64,000 nucleotides of DNA from assembly GCA_040398625.1 (NCBI GenBank), contig JBBATS010000001.1, positions 47,212-111,211 on the forward strand, given 5' to 3'. Position 1 is the stretch's first letter. Every line of letters begins with the position of its first letter. The notes below the pieces were generated by a model, which had not been told where the DNA came from, searched no databases, and worked only from the letters and a program-made list of their open reading frames with translations. A program made the translations under genes and the position numbers. Origin of the DNA: Chakrabartia sp. GTDB taxonomy: Bacteria > Pseudomonadota > Alphaproteobacteria > Sphingomonadales > Sphingomonadaceae. Positions 59,844 through 64,000 of this stretch are shown piece by piece.

Positions 59844-60191
59844 ATGCCAATTACACTCTACGGAATTCCCAATTGCGACACCGTCAAGAAGGCGCGCACG
59901 TGGTTGACCACCAAAGGTCTGGAGCATGATTTCCATGACTTTAAAAAATCTTGGATCGATGAAGCGCATCTGTCACGCTGGTGCGATGGGTTGGGTTGGG
60001 AGAAGGTCCTCAACAAAGCGGGGACGACCTTCAAGAAGCTGGCAGACAGCGACAAGACCAATCTAAATCAGACCAAGGCCATTGCGTTGATGCTGGCCCA
60101 GCCATCGATGATTAAACGGCCGATTGTGGAACATTCCGGCGGATTGCTGATTGGATTTAAGGCTGACGAGTGGAGCGCAGCACTTAGCTAG
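59844..60191 (+). CDS. ArsC/Spx family protein (YffB-like)
   Basis: YGIPNCDTVKKARTWL, LNKAGTTFKKL, PSMIKRPIV. Confidence 0.92.
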   Translation: MPITLYGIPNCDTVKKARTWLTTKGLEHDFHDFKKSWIDEAHLSRWCDGLGWEKVLNKAGTTFKKLADSDKTNLNQTKAIALMLAQPSMIKRPIVEHSGGLLIGFKADEWSAALS

Positions 60192-60222
60192 GCCCAGCCA
60201 GATCGCCTTCGTTCAGGCCATC

Positions 60223-61320
60223 TCAGCTGCGACGAAGGCGGTCTTCAAAGGGCTCGGCAAGTTTGCCTGACAATTTCCACAGGCCGATTGTCATTGCCGC
60301 ACCCACGATGCCGTCTGTTGCATAATGCCAACCGAGGTAGATGGAACCGATCCAGATAAGGACGGCATAGGCGGTCATAACCCAACCGATCCAGCGATGC
60401 ACAACAAAGCCGCCAATCGCGAACAGCGTCGCCATAGCGACGTGAACGGACGGCATCGCAGAAATGCCGAAACCGGGCACATAACTGCCCTCAATATATC
60501 GATTGAGCAGAGACACATGCCCCATTGGCGTCGCCAGCTTGCTGCCGGCCAGTTCGGCCAGTTGGCCAAGCTCAACGATACGGTCGTGCAGCATTGAGAA
60601 GCTTTGATCCGGGCCGACAAGGTGAGGATAATACATGGGGCCAGCCGAGGCGAGCAGCCAGGCTGCGACGCCGCCGATGAGCAACCAGACACCAATCCAG
60701 CAACCGATCAGGCGGGCGCGAACCGCAGGGTCTTTGACGATTGCGGCCCAGATAATCGGGCAGGCCATCAGGATGACAGCCCAAATGGTGTAAGCGCGGT
60801 CGACCAAAATCGTGAACCAGACCGAACCAAACAGGCCATGCAGAATGACCCAAGGGTCCTGCCCAGCGAAGAGGAAACGATCAACCGCTGCGAGAGCAGG
60901 GTCGAACGGAAAGCCCTGCGCCTTCAATATGTACTGCTTGAACATGCCATAGACAGGGATAGCTAGGCTTGTGGCCATCGCAGTGCCCAGCATCCAGGGC
61001 AGCCGGGCGTGGACGGCGTCTTCATCAATGCCAAAGGCGCGCTCAACCCCTGTCACCAGCATCCAAACAACAGATCCAGTGATCAGCGGCAAAAAGGCAT
61101 AGGCCGATATTCCTACGCCGATGGCGGGCAGTGGAATGGGTGTCAGAATGAACAGCAGCATGCCGGCCAAAGCGACAAAACCGAGTAACGACAGAAGAAA
61201 GCTCGCCTCAAGCGCAGGAACGGTCAGGAACGCGCGAAGCAGGCGGGCTGCGGAGAATCGGGGAAGAGTGGCTTCTATCTGCACATTTTGCAGCACGGAA
61301 GAACGATGCAAATCCGTCAT
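60223..61320 (-). CDS. PAP2_3 (Aur1/Ipt1-like) membrane phosphatase/phosphotransferase
   Basis: Multi-TM; SAGPMY, SAMPSVHV, IYLGWHYATDG (His/Asp catalytic motifs). Start uncertain. Confidence 0.82.
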   Translation of the reverse strand: MTDLHRSSVLQNVQIEATLPRFSAARLLRAFLTVPALEASFLLSLLGFVALAGMLLFILTPIPLPAIGVGISAYAFLPLITGSVVWMLVTGVERAFGIDEDAVHARLPWMLGTAMATSLAIPVYGMFKQYILKAQGFPFDPALAAVDRFLFAGQDPWVILHGLFGSVWFTILVDRAYTIWAVILMACPIIWAAIVKDPAVRARLIGCWIGVWLLIGGVAAWLLASAGPMYYPHLVGPDQSFSMLHDRIVELGQLAELAGSKLATPMGHVSLLNRYIEGSYVPGFGISAMPSVHVAMATLFAIGGFVVHRWIGWVMTAYAVLIWIGSIYLGWHYATDGIVGAAMTIGLWKLSGKLAEPFEDRLRRS

Positions 61321-61374
61321 TTTCGCGGAAAGAGCCCCCTGAAATCCCGTAAAACGTGCGGTGATTGGTTGATT

Positions 61375-61444
61375 GTGACAGTCTTATTACGGCCCCGTAT
61401 CGATTTTGCTGCAATGCGGCAAGGATTTGTCGTAAAATTGTCAC
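61375..61444. promoter_or_regulatory. Two divergent Pho-box-like direct repeats
   Basis: Minus strand 61375-61392: CCGTAAT-AAGA-CTGTCAC. Plus strand 61427-61444: TTGTCGT-AAAA-TTGTCAC. 11-bp periodicity as in CTGTCAT-A(A/T)A(T/A)-CTGTCA(C/T). Confidence 0.5.
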
Positions 61445-61515
61445 AAGACGACTGGCAGAGATGCATTTTGAAGAGAGCGCTTCAATCTGACGGTTCACCG
61501 GCGTAAGGAGCAGCG

Positions 61516-62379
61516 ATGTCTACGACCTCCACAACCCTGACGCTTGATACATCCACCAGTCGCGCGAACCCGACGCCGACGCCGATGAAGCGGCTGACCG
61601 TGCCGACGATCCGACAGCGCAAGGGCGGGGAGCCTTTGGTTATGCTGACGGCCTACACCGTCCGCATGGCGCAGATCCTCGATCCGCACTGCGATCTGCT
61701 GTTGGTCGGAGATTCGCTGGGTCAGGTCATTTACGGCTTGCCGCACACAGTGGCCGTGACGATGGAAATGATGGCCCTTCACGGCGCCGCCGTGGTGCGC
61801 GGGAGCTATCATGCCGCCGTCATCGTCGACATGCCCTTTGGCAGCTACGAAGCCTCCCCAGAACAGGCCTTCAAGAATGCGTCCGAGTTGCTCAAGCAGA
61901 CGGGTGCTGCTGGCATCAAGATTGAGGGCGGCAAGGTGCTGGCACCAACGGTTGAGTTTCTAACGTCGCGCGGCATTCCAGTAATGTCCCATGTCGGTCT
62001 CACGCCGCAGGCCGTGAACATCCTTGGTGGCTATGGTGTGCGCGGGAAAAGCGATGAGGAAGCCAAGGCCATCGTCGAAGACGCAATTGCCATGTCTGAT
62101 GCCGGTGCCTTCGCCATGGTGATTGAAGGCGTTCTGGAGCCTATCGCGATTGAGATTACCCAGAAGGTCAAGTGCCCGACCATCGGCATTGGCGCCTCCG
62201 CGCAATGCGACGGGCAGGTGCTTGTGACCGAAGATATGTTGGGTCTGTTTGAGCGTACGCCGAAGTTCGTGAAGCGCTATGGCGGCATGCACAGCTTTGT
62301 TGCCGAAGCGGTTGAGCAATATGCCAAGGAAGTGCGCAGCCGCAGCTTCCCCGGCCCGGAACAGATCTACAAAGCTTGA
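61516..62379 (+). CDS. panB: 3-methyl-2-oxobutanoate hydroxymethyltransferase
   Basis: MLTAY, LLVGDSLG, VDMPFGSY, IKIEGG, HVGLTPQ, IGIGAS, DGQVLV. Confidence 0.97.
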   Translation: MSTTSTTLTLDTSTSRANPTPTPMKRLTVPTIRQRKGGEPLVMLTAYTVRMAQILDPHCDLLLVGDSLGQVIYGLPHTVAVTMEMMALHGAAVVRGSYHAAVIVDMPFGSYEASPEQAFKNASELLKQTGAAGIKIEGGKVLAPTVEFLTSRGIPVMSHVGLTPQAVNILGGYGVRGKSDEEAKAIVEDAIAMSDAGAFAMVIEGVLEPIAIEITQKVKCPTIGIGASAQCDGQVLVTEDMLGLFERTPKFVKRYGGMHSFVAEAVEQYAKEVRSRSFPGPEQIYKA

Positions 62380-62453
62380 CCCGCGCGTAGGCGCTTCCCC
62401 TCTGCCCAGAGCGCGGCTAAGGGAAGCTACGCTTTGCTCCAGGGAGATACGTT

Positions 62454-63158
62454 TTGGCGCTGCCGCCCATCAATACGACCGAAGACAGCTTCCTAAGGGA
62501 AGTGGATGAGGAGCTTCGCCGCGATCAGCTGACAGGGTTCTGGAAGCGCTATGGTCGTTGGATCATCGCTGGCATCGGCCTTGGGCTTGCGGCTTTGGCG
62601 GGATGGCTTGTCTGGCAGGATCGGCAGTTTAAGGCGGCCAGCTTGGAGAGCGAACAGCTGGATGATGCGCTGCGCAAGGCAACAGCGGGCAATGATGCGG
62701 GGACGCGCAAGGCGCTGGCACCGCTCATAGCATCCCCAAATGAAGGCTATCGCGCGACGGCAATGCTGACAGATGCCGCACTTCTGCTTCAGAAGCGCGA
62801 TCTTGAGGGCGCGGCCAAGCTCTATGGTCAGATTGCCAAGGATCAGGACATTCCCGCGCCATGGCGTGATCTCGCGCTCGTGCGCCAGACCTCTGTGCAA
62901 TATGACCGCTTGGCGCCGGACGAAGTTATTACGCGCCTCTCCCCGCTCGCCATCAAGGGTAACCCTTGGTTTGGCAGCGCCGGTGAAATGGTGGCGATCG
63001 CTTATTTGAAAAAGAACCGCGTTCAGCCTGCAGCAAAGATGTTTGCGGATATTGCGGCGGATGAAAATGTCCCCGAAACGATCCGCGGTCGCGCAGCCAA
63101 CATGGCGGCTTCGCTCAATGCGCGCGTGACGGGCGCTGCAAATCAAGGAAAACAATGA
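62454..63158 (+). CDS. YfgM-like TPR ancillary protein
   Basis: SFLREVDEELRRDQL, FWKRYG, single TM then TPR-like helices; TTG start after GGGAG; precedes bamB. Confidence 0.85.
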   Translation: MALPPINTTEDSFLREVDEELRRDQLTGFWKRYGRWIIAGIGLGLAALAGWLVWQDRQFKAASLESEQLDDALRKATAGNDAGTRKALAPLIASPNEGYRATAMLTDAALLLQKRDLEGAAKLYGQIAKDQDIPAPWRDLALVRQTSVQYDRLAPDEVITRLSPLAIKGNPWFGSAGEMVAIAYLKKNRVQPAAKMFADIAADENVPETIRGRAANMAASLNARVTGAANQGKQ

Positions 63159-64000
63159 TGAAAAGACTGTCGGGCAAATTCGGCAGGGCGCTGATCCTCG
63201 CGCCTGTCCTACTGGCAGTGGCTGGTTGCGGCGTGTTCGGCGGCGGCTCCAAGAAGCCCAAGACCCCTGTGTTGGGCCAACGCGTTGCTATCCTGACTTC
63301 AGAGGCCGCAGCAGAGCCGGATCCCGCACTTGCGGATGTCTCGGTACTTTTGCCGCCCGCTCAGGCCAATGACAGTTGGGCGCAGCCAGGCGGCAATGGC
63401 GCCAAGTCGATGGAGCACCTCGCATTGCCGCAGGCGATTGGACAGGCTTGGTCTGTCTCGATCAGCGGTACGAGCAAAAAGGTGCGTTTGGCATCGCCTC
63501 CTGTCGTCTCGGCAGGCCGCATTTACGTGATGGACACCGCGGCGCGCGTTCATGCTTTTGATGCGAAATCCGGCAAGGATATCTGGACTGTCAGCTTTGG
63601 TGTCGACGGCAAGGACCGCAAGGCTGCCTGGGGCGGCGGCGTGAGCGTCGAGGGCGACGTTTTGTATGCGACCAATGGTCTTGGCGATGTGGCTGCGCTC
63701 AAAGCCGCTGACGGCAGTGTCATCTGGAAAAAGCGTCCGGGGGGTCCGCTGCGCGGTGCACCTTCATTTGGCAACGGCAATGTCTATGCCATGAGTTCCG
63801 ATAACCAGATCTTCGCCTTAAAGGCGAGCGATGGATCGGTGGAATGGACTGAGGCAGGTGCGACAGAATTGACCGGCGTCTTTGGTGTGGCAGCGCCTGC
63901 AATCGCGCAGGGCACCGTGGTTGCTGGCTTCTCATCAGGAGAACTCAACGCCTATCGCTATGAAAACGGCCGTGTCCTCTGGGCAGACGCTCTGACCCGC
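63155..64000 (+). CDS. bamB: PQQ-like beta-propeller lipoprotein BamB-like (3' end runs off the window)
   Basis: Manual translation MMKRLSGKFGRALILAPVLLAVAGCGVFGGG (lipobox), WAQPGG, SPPVV, IWT/IWK PQQ repeats; follows yfgM. Confidence 0.85.
   Translation, partial: MMKRLSGKFGRALILAPVLLAVAGCGVFGGGSKKPKTPVLGQRVAILTSEAAAEPDPALADVSVLLPPAQANDSWAQPGGNGAKSMEHLALPQAIGQAWSVSISGTSKKVRLASPPVVSAGRIYVMDTAARVHAFDAKSGKDIWTVSFGVDGKDRKAAWGGGVSVEGDVLYATNGLGDVAALKAADGSVIWKKRPGGPLRGAPSFGNGNVYAMSSDNQIFALKASDGSVEWTEAGATELTGVFGVAAPAIAQGTVVAGFSSGELNAYRYENGRVLWADALTR

Noticed and set aside
62393-62427. GCTTCCC...GGGAAGC hairpin between panB and yfgM
   Set aside because: Short stem, large loop and no U-tract; not enough to call a terminator or RNA element.

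Overview
GC-rich alphaproteobacterial chromosomal segment, most consistent with Sphingomonadales. This is an inference from gene order (gshB-yraN-rsmI/lpoA, ispH-thrB-rnhA, a cpa/tad cluster without cpaF, panB-yfgM-bamB) and from the palindromic repeat families present. Most of the window is housekeeping: gshB, rsmI, hemW, rdgB, rph, hrcA-grpE, ychF-pth-rplY, glyQS, ppdK, a Tad/Cpa pilus cluster, a tandem glycine riboswitch with gcvT-H-PA-PB, proS, nupC, guaA, panB and bamB. I found no tRNA, rRNA, CRISPR array, integrase or transposase. The strongest unexplained structures are: (1) a 2.4-kb cassette (rhomboid-like, VOC and TfoX genes, translationally coupled and divergent from a WYL/YafY regulator with a palindromic operator) bounded by an imperfect ~24-bp direct repeat that runs into a half-deleted REP element; (2) a complete 61-bp palindromic REP-like element lying in frame inside glyS; (3) a long hairpin leader upstream of rplY; (4) back-to-back Pho-box-like sites between an Aur1/Ipt1-like PAP2 gene and panB; (5) an orphan GTA-type holin with its own promoter and operator-like palindrome. 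Product calls come from recognising protein motifs by eye; no database searches were run.
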